From Candidatus Kerfeldbacteria bacterium RIFCSPLOWO2_02_FULL_42_19 (GTDB taxonomy: Bacteria > Patescibacteriota > Patescibacteriia > HO2-48-17): a DNA stretch of 64,000 bases. Shown here one piece after another: positions 1 through 9,024 of the stretch. Each line of letters opens with the position of its first letter. Within the stretch, counting starts at the first letter, position 1. The position numbers and the translations under genes are program-made. The notes under the pieces were generated by a model that worked only from the letters and a program-made list of their open reading frames with translations, had not been told where the DNA came from and ran no database searches. The stretch lies in the NCBI GenBank assembly GCA_001818315.1, contig MHKF01000001.1:2869-66868 (forward strand), in the 5' to 3' direction.

Positions 1-701
1 CTATTATATGAGGAAACAAAGAAAGAAACCTTTTTGGGGTTGATTATTTTGAAAATTTCTTTATAATCAGTAGTATTTTCCAATTTTGTAAAAAGATCGG
101 GAGGAATGTTGTTGGTAACTTTTATATGATCATAGGCTCCCTTCCAATCTTTTTTAACTATTGCCTCGCCAATTAAATGGGTATTATAGGGTCCGCCCGG
201 CATTCCAAGTCTTTGATTATCATAATAATTGATAAAATAATGGTGTCTGTGAGCGGAAAGATAAGTTAAAAGATTATTTGCAACCCTGCTTTCCAGATTT
301 CTCACCATGATTCGAAATGAATTTCCGTGGAGCATCCGTTCTTTTACTGGTTCTCCTCCATAACCGATAACATGCTTGATTCGAGAATATTTATTTCTTG
401 CTCCATGCTTCCTATTAAAAGCCGTGATGTCTTTTTTGCTCAAAATCTTTTTTACAGAAATAAGTTGTTCTGTAATTGCATCTTCGTCTTTTAATCCTTG
501 ATTAGCAACATCATCAAATTTAAGTTTAAAAAATAATTTAATACAATCCAAAACATCAAAAGTTGTAAGCCCAGATTTTTGAAGCCAAAAATATGTAAAC
601 CGATGAGGTTTTTTGGATGCAAGAGAAGGCATTAAAGAAACTTCCGTTACTTGGAAGTCTTCATTTTTGCATTTTATTTTATAGCTTGCAGATTGATTCA
701 T
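1..701 (-). CDS. truD: tRNA pseudouridine synthase TruD/Pus7-like, N-terminal part (ATG at 701-699; gene runs off the window start; too short/partial for the ORF track)
   Basis: Manual minus-strand translation MNQSASYKIKCKNEDFQVTEV... contains GNSFRIMVRNLES (cf. TruD GNAFTLVLREVS), HHYFINYYDNQRLGMPGG (cf. TruD NYFGAQRFG) and a KKD/KDK-like catalytic Asp region. Confidence 0.45.
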   Translation of the reverse strand, partial: MNQSASYKIKCKNEDFQVTEVSLMPSLASKKPHRFTYFWLQKSGLTTFDVLDCIKLFFKLKFDDVANQGLKDEDAITEQLISVKKILSKKDITAFNRKHGARNKYSRIKHVIGYGGEPVKERMLHGNSFRIMVRNLESRVANNLLTYLSAHRHHYFINYYDNQRLGMPGGPYNTHLIGEAIVKKDWKGAYDHIKVTNNIPPDLFTKLENTTDYKEIFKIINPKKVSFFVSSYN

Positions 702-750
702 ACTGATATTTAGAAGATAACACCAATTCCGCTTTTTATAAACATACCGC

Positions 751-809
751 CTAAAATCCGAAAAGAATCCGCCGCGCATTCCTCCCGCACCCTCCTGCGC
801 GGCGGATTC
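751..809 (-). terminator. Intrinsic terminator on the minus strand: perfect 15-bp GC-rich stem (765-779 / 795-809) followed on the minus strand by TTTTCGGATTTT
   Basis: gaatccgccgcgca(16-nt loop)tgcgcggcggattc; the forward A-run ctaaaatccgaaaa at 751-764 gives a U-tract when read on the minus strand. Confidence 0.5.
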
Positions 810-1163
810 TAAATCCCCGCCATTTTCAAACAAGAGCCGAGGCAAAGCAAATCCTTTTCCTCCCGCAAAAATAGTTTTGCTTTGCCTCGTCCATATTCCC
901 GTCCCGCCACACTGCCCGAATATCTTTACGGGCAGAACCCCAAAAAGAAAAATGTCCTTTCTATTTTTAGAAAAAATCCACCCCCGCCAAATCAAGAAAG
1001 CAAGGAACATTTTTCTTTTTTGGGTTGCCGAGTGAAGCGAGGCGGTGGCGGGGCGATTGTCCGAGCGTACGATTTAGTTTCAAGCTACCACACGCTCCGC
1101 GCGTGCGACATCATTTGTTTTGAAAGTAGGTTCTAACTTGGTAGAATAAACGCACTAATAATT

Positions 1164-1418
1164 ATGAAAATTATTTTAGGTTCGCAATCCAAAGGTCGGC
1201 GTCACGTGCTGGAAAGCATGGGTTATGAGTTTGGTGTGATGAGTTCAAATATAGATGAGAAGGCGATACGTTTTAATGATCCGCAGAAGTTAACCATTGC
1301 TCTTGCGCATGCAAAAGCAGATGCGTTGCTTCCAAGGATTCAGGAGCCTGCGTTATTGATTACTTCGGATCAAGTTGTGTTATGGAATGGAAAGATTCGT
1401 GAGAAGCCCGTAGATTAG
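1164..1418 (+). pseudogene. maf: Maf-like nucleotide pyrophosphatase, N-terminal 84-aa fragment only (truncated; full Maf is ~190 aa)
   Basis: MKIILGSQSKGRRHVLESMGYEF...VVLWNGKIREKPVD matches the Maf/YhdE N-terminus (ILAS.SPRR..LL...G; VVLDGEILGKPRD), then stops. No continuation in other frames. The 3' end overlaps a minus-strand ORF. Confidence 0.45.
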
Positions 1419-1572
1419 GCACTTGAGTACGCGCTTTATCCCAGGCACTGAATTTGCGAATTTGACCCCTGTGATAGGCCAACCTTCCATTGAAATAAAC
1501 CAGTTGTGCTTCTTTTGGAAGTCGCCTGACTTCTTCAACAGAAAGTTCACGGGTTTCTGTCATCAAAATCAC
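1360..1572 (-). CDS. Hypothetical small protein (70 aa)
   Basis: Strong SD GGAAAGGAGGTG 5 nt upstream of the ATG at 1572. No recognisable family. Confidence 0.35.
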   Translation of the reverse strand: MILMTETRELSVEEVRRLPKEAQLVYFNGRLAYHRGQIRKFSAWDKARTQVPNLRASHESFHSITQLDPK

Positions 1573-1592
1573 CTCCTTTCCTAATTGATTCC

Positions 1593-1820
1593 ATGAATAT
1601 GAAAATTTTCGTTAAAGTCAAACCAAACGCGCGGGCAGAACAGATAGAACAAATCGACGACACTCACTTCCATGTAGCTGTGCAAGAACCGCCAGTAGAT
1701 GGTCGAGCAAATCACGCCATCGCACGAGCACTCGCAACGCATTTTAATGTCGCGCCTTCATCGGTGCAGCTCATTTCGGGCTTTTCCTCGAAGCAAAAAA
1801 TTTTTTCAATAGAAATCTAA
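1593..1820 (+). CDS. DUF167 / YggU family protein
   Basis: 75 aa; conserved VKVKPNA...VAVQEPPVDGRANHAIARALATHFNVAPSSVQLISGFSSKQKIFSI pattern typical of UPF0235/YggU. Confidence 0.7.
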   Translation: MNMKIFVKVKPNARAEQIEQIDDTHFHVAVQEPPVDGRANHAIARALATHFNVAPSSVQLISGFSSKQKIFSIEI

Positions 1821-1883
1821 CGAGATTGTCTTTTATTTTGCAAACTATTTCTAGGAAAAATTTTTAGAAAGGTCTTGTTATTT

Positions 1884-2666
1884 TTACAATCGGTTCGGCT
1901 GCGCAAACTGAAACAAAGCTTCAAAAATAACACGAAACACCTCTGCCATGCCGCGGTGTTGAATCGTAATAACGAGCGATGGTTCGGGAAATAACACGGC
2001 AACCTTCGTTCCATACACAAATGCTACCTGTCGCAGAGGAAGCATTTCTTCCGGCAGGGTGCGCAGATGCCAGATGCGCTTTTGACTCAGAAGCTCATAA
2101 TTTTCCTTGCTGGTTTCGCTTTGAAAAATTTTAAGGGATTCCTCCGTAAATATCGCACGCGTTTCGATCCCACGCTCAACAACCCTTCGGAAGAACGTAC
2201 CTACTTCTTGATCCGTAAGAAGGTGTAGCTCCTGCGTCATTGCCGTTTTTCCCTCGATAACGCGAAACACCGATTTCTGTGGCAATGACGAAAGTTCGTC
2301 ATAAATTTGATAATACCCTTTGTGAGATTCGGTGACAGAAATGAGCGGGGTCTCTTCGTCAATGGTTCTGATTTTCTCAAGCTGCGGAACAAAGCTCTTA
2401 AAATCCGTGATCCAGCGTTCAAAGGTGGCGGCAAGTTCCGAAGGAGGCAAGGGAAGAAATCGAATGAGTTTGCCTTTTTGGGTTTTACGCAGAAGTCCTT
2501 TATCAAGCAAATTTTTCATATGAAAATACACCGCCGTGCGCTGTTTATCGAGCTTTCTGGCGATATCCGCAGCGCTTGGCCGTTCAAGCGAAAGCGCGGC
2601 AAGATAAATCTCGATTTCATTTTCGGAGAGGCCGAAGTTTTTGAGGATGTGTTGAATAGCTGACAT
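1884..2666 (-). CDS. TrmB-family HTH transcriptional regulator
   Basis: N-terminal LKNFGLSENEIEIYLAALSLERPSAADIARKLDKQRTAVYFHMKNLLDKGLL is a TrmB-type wHTH; ~260 aa with a C-terminal effector-like domain. Confidence 0.65.
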   Translation of the reverse strand: MSAIQHILKNFGLSENEIEIYLAALSLERPSAADIARKLDKQRTAVYFHMKNLLDKGLLRKTQKGKLIRFLPLPPSELAATFERWITDFKSFVPQLEKIRTIDEETPLISVTESHKGYYQIYDELSSLPQKSVFRVIEGKTAMTQELHLLTDQEVGTFFRRVVERGIETRAIFTEESLKIFQSETSKENYELLSQKRIWHLRTLPEEMLPLRQVAFVYGTKVAVLFPEPSLVITIQHRGMAEVFRVIFEALFQFAQPNRL

Positions 2667-2845
2667 GCTACAATTTTGGCACAGATTTTTTATTTTGTCA
2701 AATAATTTTTTCTACATGATTTATTTTTATTTCAGCTAAAAAGTAAATATAATTATAAATTTCGATGAGAATACTTTACAAAATATAATTTTCGTAGCAT
2801 AATAGAAGTACAAAATCAAAAAGGCTATTTGAAAGGAGAAAAAAA

Positions 2846-3052
2846 ATGGAATTCGCGCTAATACCTATTGGGGCACTTTTTGCACTGATGGCTCTTTGCA
2901 CGATTCTGGGAGAAATACTCCCAGAAACAGTGATCACGATTATTGACGCCATTCTGATGACGATTGCGCATCTGGTCCTAATTATAGGGTTCCTTGCATT
3001 CGGGGTGGTGTGCTTCTTTAGCACGTCCCTATCTATGTTATACTTTTTTTGA
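2846..3052 (+). CDS. Small hydrophobic membrane protein (68 aa, 2 predicted TM)
   Basis: SD GAAAGGAG 8 nt upstream; highly hydrophobic; followed immediately by a terminator hairpin. Confidence 0.4.
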   Translation: MEFALIPIGALFALMALCTILGEILPETVITIIDAILMTIAHLVLIIGFLAFGVVCFFSTSLSMLYFF

Positions 3053-3057
3053 CCATT

Positions 3058-3091
3058 GAGGTCTTCCTTGCGAAGACCTCTCTTTTATTTT
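3058..3091 (+). terminator. Rho-independent terminator (GAGGTCTTC-cttgc-GAAGACCTC followed by TCTTTTATTTT)
   Basis: Perfect 9-bp stem plus U-tract directly after the small membrane ORF. Confidence 0.55.
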
Positions 3092-3525
3092 CCCTTCAGC
3101 ACTCCATCAATCCATCCGAGTTTCAGCCACAACACGATTTCGTCATAACACGCCACGCTACGAGAAGGATAATGAGCGAGAATAATGCGCAACTTTTTCC
3201 CGTAAAGGATTTTCTGGGTCACACCAAAAGCCAGTTCCGCGAAGGTTTCGGCTCCGATATAGCTGTTAACTCCTTTTTTCTTTGCATTGGCAATGAAGAG
3301 AATATCTGTCACCGTGATGTTGTTCATGAAATTTTTATGCGCGAGCACATATGACGCTTCAAAACTCTCGCGAGGTATGACTTTTGGATAATCCAAAACT
3401 GTGTGGTCTTTTTGCGAGTTCCAATACCGAATGTATTTTTGTATTTCTTCCTGCAGACTTGCGCTGCCGGATATGACGACTTGCATAAGAGTGTATAAGT
3501 ATCGATATGGGAGTATCACTGACAA
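3085..3525 (-). CDS. Hypothetical protein; tentatively a LOG/SLOG-like Rossmann-fold protein
   Basis: 146 aa; weak resemblance (IGAETFAEL vs PGGFGTLDEL) to LOG/TIGR00725 proteins. Low confidence. Confidence 0.3.
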   Translation of the reverse strand: MSVILPYRYLYTLMQVVISGSASLQEEIQKYIRYWNSQKDHTVLDYPKVIPRESFEASYVLAHKNFMNNITVTDILFIANAKKKGVNSYIGAETFAELAFGVTQKILYGKKLRIILAHYPSRSVACYDEIVLWLKLGWIDGVLKGK

Positions 3526-4484
3526 ACAAGTGCTTGACGTAAATGTTTAAGATTTTCTTTCATTACAGAAAGATAATTTTTACCTGCAGCGAGTTCTGCC
3601 TCAGTGAGACCTTCGATGGGATTGAAGACAAGTGTTTGTGCACCGACTTCGAGTGCAATCGTTTCTGCTAATTTCGGACTGACGAGCGTTTCAAAAAAAA
3701 TGTACTGAATGTGTTTCGCTTTTACCAATTCAGAAATTTCTGCAATCTTTTTTGGAGAGGGTTCTGCATCAGGAGTGATACCCGCAATAGGTATCACTTT
3801 GATATTGTATCGCTTCGCTAAGTAATTGAATGCTGCGTGGGAAGTAATAATATCTCGAATCGAGCATGTTGCAAGTCCCTGTGCGTACTGAGTATCTAAT
3901 TCAGAAAGTTTTTTCACATACTGCTCAGCATTCGTTTCATACATTTGACTCTTACCAGGGTCAATTTTTTTAAAAGCATCGCGAATGATCACAACTTCTT
4001 GTTGAGCGAAAATCGGATCAAGCCAAATATGTGGATCGAACTTTTGACTGTTTTCATCTTGGGGAACATCAGAAGATTCTGAATCTTCTTCATCGGTTTG
4101 TTCGTCTTCAAACTCAGCAGGCAAAAGCGAAAAATTTTCACTCATCTTCAGAACAAACACCCCCTTTATAGTGAGATCTATTTGTATCTTTTCAGCCCAT
4201 GGGTCGAATCCACTGCCATTCAAAATAAAAATATCTGCTGAATAGGCAGTAGCAATATCTCGTGGCGTTGGTTCATAATCGTGCGGTTCCACTCCTGCGC
4301 GCGTGAGATTGATAACTTCAACCTGTGCTCCTCCAACTTCCTTCGCAAACTCAGCTAAAGGATAGAAACTTGTGACAACAAGTATTCGATCAGTTGGAAA
4401 TTTTGTGTCATCGGCACGAAAAAGGATCACTACCACCGCAGTCACAAGAAAAAGCACAAGAACGAGAATGAAGATTTTTCGCAT
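3516..4484 (-). CDS. Metal (Zn/Mn-type) ABC transporter substrate-binding protein, ZnuA/TroA family (SBP family 9) with an acidic loop
   Basis: N-terminal TM/signal anchor, HDYEPTP and DPHIWLDP metal-site motifs, acidic insert EFEDEQTDEEDSESSDVPQDENSQ. Start chosen at the MRKIF ATG (4484) with AGGAAA 3 nt upstream, instead of the track ATG at 4517, which has no SD. Confidence 0.75.
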   Translation of the reverse strand: MRKIFILVLVLFLVTAVVVILFRADDTKFPTDRILVVTSFYPLAEFAKEVGGAQVEVINLTRAGVEPHDYEPTPRDIATAYSADIFILNGSGFDPWAEKIQIDLTIKGVFVLKMSENFSLLPAEFEDEQTDEEDSESSDVPQDENSQKFDPHIWLDPIFAQQEVVIIRDAFKKIDPGKSQMYETNAEQYVKKLSELDTQYAQGLATCSIRDIITSHAAFNYLAKRYNIKVIPIAGITPDAEPSPKKIAEISELVKAKHIQYIFFETLVSPKLAETIALEVGAQTLVFNPIEGLTEAELAAGKNYLSVMKENLKHLRQALVCQ

Positions 4485-4571
4485 AGTTTCCTGGTGTATT
4501 TTTATGTTTTTAAGCATAGTGTAAACAAGTTGCGCCCGTCAATGTATTTCTGGTATGATGAGTGAACTTGG

Positions 4572-4647
4572 GCCAGCATAGCTCAGTTGGTTAGAGCAAC
4601 GGTTTTGTAAACCGTAGGTCGTCGGTTCGAATCCGACTGCTGGCTCA
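4572..4647 (+). tRNA. tRNA-Thr (anticodon UGU)
   Basis: Cloverleaf folded by hand: acceptor GCCAGCA/TGCTGGC, D-arm GCTCAGTTGGTTAGAGC, anticodon stem ACGGT/ACCGT with loop TTTGTAA, T-arm GTCGGTTCGAATCCGAC. Confidence 0.8.
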
Positions 4648-4838
4648 AAGCTCTCACATCGCATTGAATGTATTAGGGGTCTGTCGCCGAATACCATTTC
4701 TGTTGCAACCGTAGCATTTCGGCCAGAATCGCTTCAAAATTTTTCGGCTTATATTCCATATAAACCTCAAAATTTATTTAGCGATTCTGTCACGAAATTT
4801 TCATTTTTCGTTACAGGAAGTGGAAAACCGACGATCGC

Positions 4839-4868
4839 TTGTCAAAAGTCATCGATCTGTCTTATACT
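4839..4868 (+). promoter_or_regulatory. Candidate sigma70-like promoter (TTGTCA - 18 nt - TATACT) upstream of arcA
   Basis: Hexamers read directly from the sequence ~80 nt upstream of the arcA start. Not validated. Confidence 0.25.
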
Positions 4869-4946
4869 ACCAATACGTTGCATAAGGTTTTGTACTTTGT
4901 TATTAATCGTGGCTTACGCCACACTTCTTGAAAAAGGAGAGTGTTG

Positions 4947-6182
4947 ATGGAAACAGATGTTCGTGAAAAAAATACGAGAGTTGATAGCAGATTCAAGGCT
5001 ATTCGAGTCTCGTCAGAAACCGGCGAACTTCGCCGTGTCCTGATGCATATACCAGGTCTAGAACACGAACAGGTACCTCCCAGCGAGCGAGAGCGATATC
5101 TTATTGAAGATATACTTTCTGTTCCCGAAGCCGAAGAACAAATGAAGATCTTTCAAACCATTCTTGTTCAAAACGGTGTCGAGGTATTGAACTTCAAGCG
5201 CATGCTTTCGGAGAGCTTGTGCGATGATAATTTAAAAGCAGCTTGTCTGGAGAGTCTCCAGATTGAGAGACGCAGCATTTCTGTACTCATAAGAAACAAT
5301 CCTCAGGTACTGAGTGGCATTCTCATTGGCGAAACTGGCATGTTGCCTCCACTCCCTAATCTCATGTTTCAGCGGGACATTGGTGCTGTAGTTGGTGACA
5401 GAATCCTATGCTGCTCACCAAAATTTCAAGTCAGATTTCGTGAGGCACTGCTATTTAAGCATATTGTCAATCATCACCCGATCTTTCAAGGAGTGAAGGT
5501 TGAAAAAAACGACCAGGAGGCAGGTGCTCTATTGGAAGGCGGAGATATCTGTGTGGTGAGTAAAGATATTGTTATCCTCGGGTACGGTCATCGCAGCAGT
5601 GAAGCAACTATGAAAAAATCAGCATACATGCTGATGAAAAGTGGAATAAAGACAGTTATTGTTGTGCCACTCACCGATAGGCGTGAACATATGCACCTGG
5701 ATACCGTCTTTACCGTTATCAGTCACAATGAGTGCCTAGTGTATGCGCCTGTTATTTTTGGTTCGCAGCGATTAGGACTGGAGCCGCTGAGGCTTCAGGT
5801 ATACCATCAATCAGAAGAACCCGGATTGACTGATAATGATTTACCGAATGTCATTGGGAAATATGGGACACAATTACAGTCAGTGTTGTGCGGTGGTGGC
5901 GATGGGGATAGTCTCATTGCAGATCAAGAACAATGGGCGGACGCAACGAATGCTCTTGCTATACGACCTGGACAAATCGTGAAATACATCCGAAACAGGC
6001 GGACACTCGAGGCGTTGAGTGCACAGGGTTATCGTATCCATTCGATTCAGAGTCTCGCTGATGCCAAGAGAGTCAAACCAGAAGCTGGAAAAGTTGTGTA
6101 CGCTATTATTGGTACAGAGTTGGGTAAGGCCCGTGGGGGACCGCGCTGCATGACACTGCCACTGCTGCGTGATGAAATTTAA
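4947..6182 (+). CDS. arcA: Arginine deiminase
   Basis: 411 aa; C-terminal GGPRCMTLPLLRDE (catalytic Cys motif of ADI), internal EGGD/HLDT motifs. SD AAGGAGA 6 nt before the ATG at 4947 (the track used the upstream GTG at 4941). Confidence 0.85.
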   Translation: METDVREKNTRVDSRFKAIRVSSETGELRRVLMHIPGLEHEQVPPSERERYLIEDILSVPEAEEQMKIFQTILVQNGVEVLNFKRMLSESLCDDNLKAACLESLQIERRSISVLIRNNPQVLSGILIGETGMLPPLPNLMFQRDIGAVVGDRILCCSPKFQVRFREALLFKHIVNHHPIFQGVKVEKNDQEAGALLEGGDICVVSKDIVILGYGHRSSEATMKKSAYMLMKSGIKTVIVVPLTDRREHMHLDTVFTVISHNECLVYAPVIFGSQRLGLEPLRLQVYHQSEEPGLTDNDLPNVIGKYGTQLQSVLCGGGDGDSLIADQEQWADATNALAIRPGQIVKYIRNRRTLEALSAQGYRIHSIQSLADAKRVKPEAGKVVYAIIGTELGKARGGPRCMTLPLLRDEI

Positions 6183-6371
6183 TATGACCTGATGTCACGT
6201 GGTAGTCAGAAATAACACAGCGGCCTTCAATTTCGACGCGAAGTCCTATAGAACTTCGCGTCTTCCATTTTAAGACTTTTTTGACATGGCATAATGGAAA
6301 TGATAATATAGAGCTTCGAAATAGGCTCTTTGTCAATAGATTGCTTACTATAAACAGAAAGGCAGGGCGCT

Positions 6372-8258
6372 ATGCTTGATAGTATAAAATACTCTTCAGA
6401 AACAGAGCAGGTGGCGTTTTTCAAAAACATTCTCGAACAACTACAGAAAGGAGTGTGCACAGCTGCTGCTCTTAACCCTTCACAATTGAGTCAGGAAAAT
6501 CTCTCCTTTAGTAGACCGCCGAATTCAAAAATGGGAGACATTGCTTTTGTATGTTTTCCGCTTGCAAAAATACTGAAACAGGCTCCAGAAAAGATCGCTC
6601 AACAGATTGCAGAGAATTTTCCGATGAGTGCAGTCGAATACTTGGAGTCTGTTCGGACGGACGGCGGATATGTAAACTTCAAGTTTGCTAGAAATGCGTT
6701 CGCGCAATCATTGTTAGGTGAGATTCTCGATCAAAAGAAAGTTTTTGGTGCATCTGATATGCGCCAAGGTGATCGGGTCATGATGGAATACGTCAGTCCG
6801 AATACCAATAAGCCACTTCATCTTGGTCACGTTCGAAATGCTCTGATAGGTTGGAGTGTTGCTGCTCTCATCAGAGAACTCGGTGCCACGGTTGTCAAAA
6901 GCGATATCATTAACGACCGCGGTATCCACATCATGAAGTCGATGCTCGCATATCAGCGATGGGGGAATGAGGAGACCCCTTCTGCAAGTATCAAAGGCGA
7001 TAAGTTGGTAGGGAGGTACTATGTTCTTTTCGAGATAAAATATCGAGAGGAACAACAACAGTGGTTCAAAGATAAAGGTATCAACTATGATGTAGTTGAT
7101 GACAAAACGAAGGACGAAATCGAAAAACAATTCATGAAGGAGTCGCAACTACTCAGTGAAGCGCAGAACATGCTGAGGCAATGGGAGGCAGGTAATTCGG
7201 AAGTGCGGACTTTGTGGGAAAAGATGAACTGTTGGGTGTTTACTGGGTTTGAGGAAACTTATCGTAACCTAGATGTAGACTTCGATCAACACTATTATGA
7301 AAGTCAAATCTACACTGGTGGTAAGGAAATGATTCTGGAAGGTTTAGCACGTGGTGTGTTCTATAAGGCAGACAACGGAGCAATTATGGCACCGCTCACT
7401 CGAGTGGATTCCAAGAAATTTCCAACGGATAAGGCCTTGCTGCGTGCAGATGGAACGGGATTGTATATCACCCAAGATATCAATCTTGCAGATGTGAAAT
7501 TTCGAGAACACAAATTGACGCATTCAATTTACTGCATAGGATCTGAACAGGATCTGTATATGCAGCAGGTGTTTGCGGTCTGTAAACTCCTGGGTTTTGT
7601 GCAGGCAGAGAACATGTTTCACCTTTCCTATGGCATGGTGTACCTGCCAGAGGGGAAAATGAAATCACGTGAAGGTACCGTAGTGGATGCGGATGAACTT
7701 ATTCAACAGCTGACTACTTTGGCAGAGCAGGCGATCCACGAAAGGTATGAACAAGGTACTTTTGACGATGCTGAAGTGATCCGGAGGAGCAAAATTATTG
7801 CTTTAGCGGCACTCAAGTTTTACATTCTGCTCGTGTGTCGGACGTCGCCAATCCATTTTAACCCGAAGGAATCCTTATCCTTTGAAGGAAAAACGGGACC
7901 TTACGTTCAGTATGCCTATGCTCGAATGGCGAGTATACGACGTAAGGCCGGCAACGCTAGCGAAACAAGTTCTTTGAAAGATCTGAATATCACCGAAGAA
8001 TGTGAATGGCAGCTTCTCATGAGGATGCTCGAATACCCCGCTGCGATAGTGCGCTCCGCGGAAAATCTTGATCCTTCGTTCTTAGCCAATTTCCTTATCG
8101 GGTTGGCTCACACCGCCAACATGCTCTACCATCAATTGCCTGTGTTGAAAGCTAACGAGCCAGCCCGCACGACTCGGCTTCGACTGATTCAGGCCTGCCA
8201 GATGATTCTCCGCAACGGTCTCAACCTCCTCGGTATCGAAGTACTTGAGGAGATGTAA
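6372..8258 (+). CDS. argS: Arginyl-tRNA synthetase (paralog 1, canonical HIGH motif)
   Basis: SPNTNKPLHLGHVRNALIG (class I HIGH), SDIINDRGIHI, KMKSREG, DALR anticodon-binding region GPYVQYAYARMASIRRK. Confidence 0.9.
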   Translation: MLDSIKYSSETEQVAFFKNILEQLQKGVCTAAALNPSQLSQENLSFSRPPNSKMGDIAFVCFPLAKILKQAPEKIAQQIAENFPMSAVEYLESVRTDGGYVNFKFARNAFAQSLLGEILDQKKVFGASDMRQGDRVMMEYVSPNTNKPLHLGHVRNALIGWSVAALIRELGATVVKSDIINDRGIHIMKSMLAYQRWGNEETPSASIKGDKLVGRYYVLFEIKYREEQQQWFKDKGINYDVVDDKTKDEIEKQFMKESQLLSEAQNMLRQWEAGNSEVRTLWEKMNCWVFTGFEETYRNLDVDFDQHYYESQIYTGGKEMILEGLARGVFYKADNGAIMAPLTRVDSKKFPTDKALLRADGTGLYITQDINLADVKFREHKLTHSIYCIGSEQDLYMQQVFAVCKLLGFVQAENMFHLSYGMVYLPEGKMKSREGTVVDADELIQQLTTLAEQAIHERYEQGTFDDAEVIRRSKIIALAALKFYILLVCRTSPIHFNPKESLSFEGKTGPYVQYAYARMASIRRKAGNASETSSLKDLNITEECEWQLLMRMLEYPAAIVRSAENLDPSFLANFLIGLAHTANMLYHQLPVLKANEPARTTRLRLIQACQMILRNGLNLLGIEVLEEM

Positions 8259-8319
8259 TATGAAAAAAACCGCACTGTGCGTTGCGGTAAAGGATCTTTG
8301 GTGTTTTGTATTTTTCAAT

Positions 8320-8360
8320 GCCTCATGTCCGGGATATAGATGTGAGGCATTGTTGTTTTC
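8320..8360 (+). terminator. Probable intrinsic terminator after argS (GCCTCA...TGAGGC stem plus a T-rich tail)
   Basis: 6-bp GC stem at 8320-8325/8343-8348 followed by attgttgttttctgg. Confidence 0.35.
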
Positions 8361-8423
8361 TGGACGAAATTTGTTACAATACTTTTATTGTCTCATACAT
8401 TATTTAATTTTTATTTCAAATAC

Positions 8424-8846
8424 ATGACTACTACCACTTCAAAAAAATCATTTAAGCATTTTGGTGTCCATCTCACGCTTGATGGATACCAAGCCAGTGA
8501 GCATAAACTTAATGATGTTCGTCTGGTTTTTAAAATTTTAGATGATCTTCCAGGAATCCTTGGTATGCGTAAAATCATCACACCTTATGTGATTCCTTGC
8601 GAGAGTAATGACAAAAAAGATCCTGGTGGTGTATCAGGGTTTGTGATAATTGCCGAAAGCCACATCAGTATTCACACTTTTGCTGCCAGGCGATTTGTGA
8701 GTATTGACGTCTATACTTGCCAAGATACCCTCGATACCAAAAAAGCTATTGAGTATTTGAAAAAAGCTTTGGACATTCAACAGACCGAAGTGAATGTTAT
8801 CAAGCGAGGTTTGAAATTCGGAAAGCTGGCAGGTTTGCCTAGATAG
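8424..8846 (+). CDS. speH: Pyruvoyl-dependent S-adenosylmethionine decarboxylase proenzyme, SpeH family (could alternatively be an arginine decarboxylase paralog of this family)
   Basis: GVSGFVIIAESHISIHTF contains the ES self-cleavage site and the SHISIHT signature of class-1 AdoMetDC. Alternative start at 8388. Confidence 0.7.
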   Translation: MTTTTSKKSFKHFGVHLTLDGYQASEHKLNDVRLVFKILDDLPGILGMRKIITPYVIPCESNDKKDPGGVSGFVIIAESHISIHTFAARRFVSIDVYTCQDTLDTKKAIEYLKKALDIQQTEVNVIKRGLKFGKLAGLPR

Positions 8847-9024
8847 GGATTCATTGACAAACGAAAAACATACCTTATACTAGATAAGTATAAAAACATC
8901 TCCATCGTAGAAATATAACTTCCTATTTTGAGCGACGGAGATGAGGATTTTCGTATGGAAAATCCAACAATCAAAAAACGTTCCTTGTTCTTTGCCAATT
9001 CGCATCATCATAGGAGAAAATTTA

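Noticed and set aside
755-1135. RNase P RNA / SRP RNA / second tmRNA hypothesis for the GC-rich block
   Set aside because: I searched both strands by eye for the P4 halves (AGGAAAGUCCGGGC / ACAGAANCCGGCUUA), the SRP GGAAGCAGCC motif and a tRNA-like T-arm+CCA end. None was present. I kept it only as an unnamed structured-RNA candidate.
882-1136. 84-aa forward ORF (MPRPYSRPATLPEY...)
   Set aside because: It lies entirely within the GC-rich hairpin block. It is Pro/Gly-rich and low-complexity, has no SD, and overlaps palindromes. This is most likely a spurious ORF over a structured non-coding region.
2237-2663. Forward and reverse ORFs 2237-2506 (-), 2307-2663 (+) and 2332-2523 (+) overlapping the TrmB-like gene
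   Set aside because: They are internal to or antisense to a well-supported 260-aa regulator gene and rich in Arg/Lys/Phe runs; they are spurious.
4941-4946. GTG start for arcA used by the ORF track
   Set aside because: The ATG at 4947 has a well-spaced AAGGAGA SD. The GTG would put the SD only 0-1 nt away.
8941-9024. Upstream start (MRIFVWKIQQ...) for the 9025-9570 gene
   Set aside because: There is no SD, whereas the internal ATG at 9025 has AGGAGA at ideal spacing. The extension overlaps the terminator/intergenic region.
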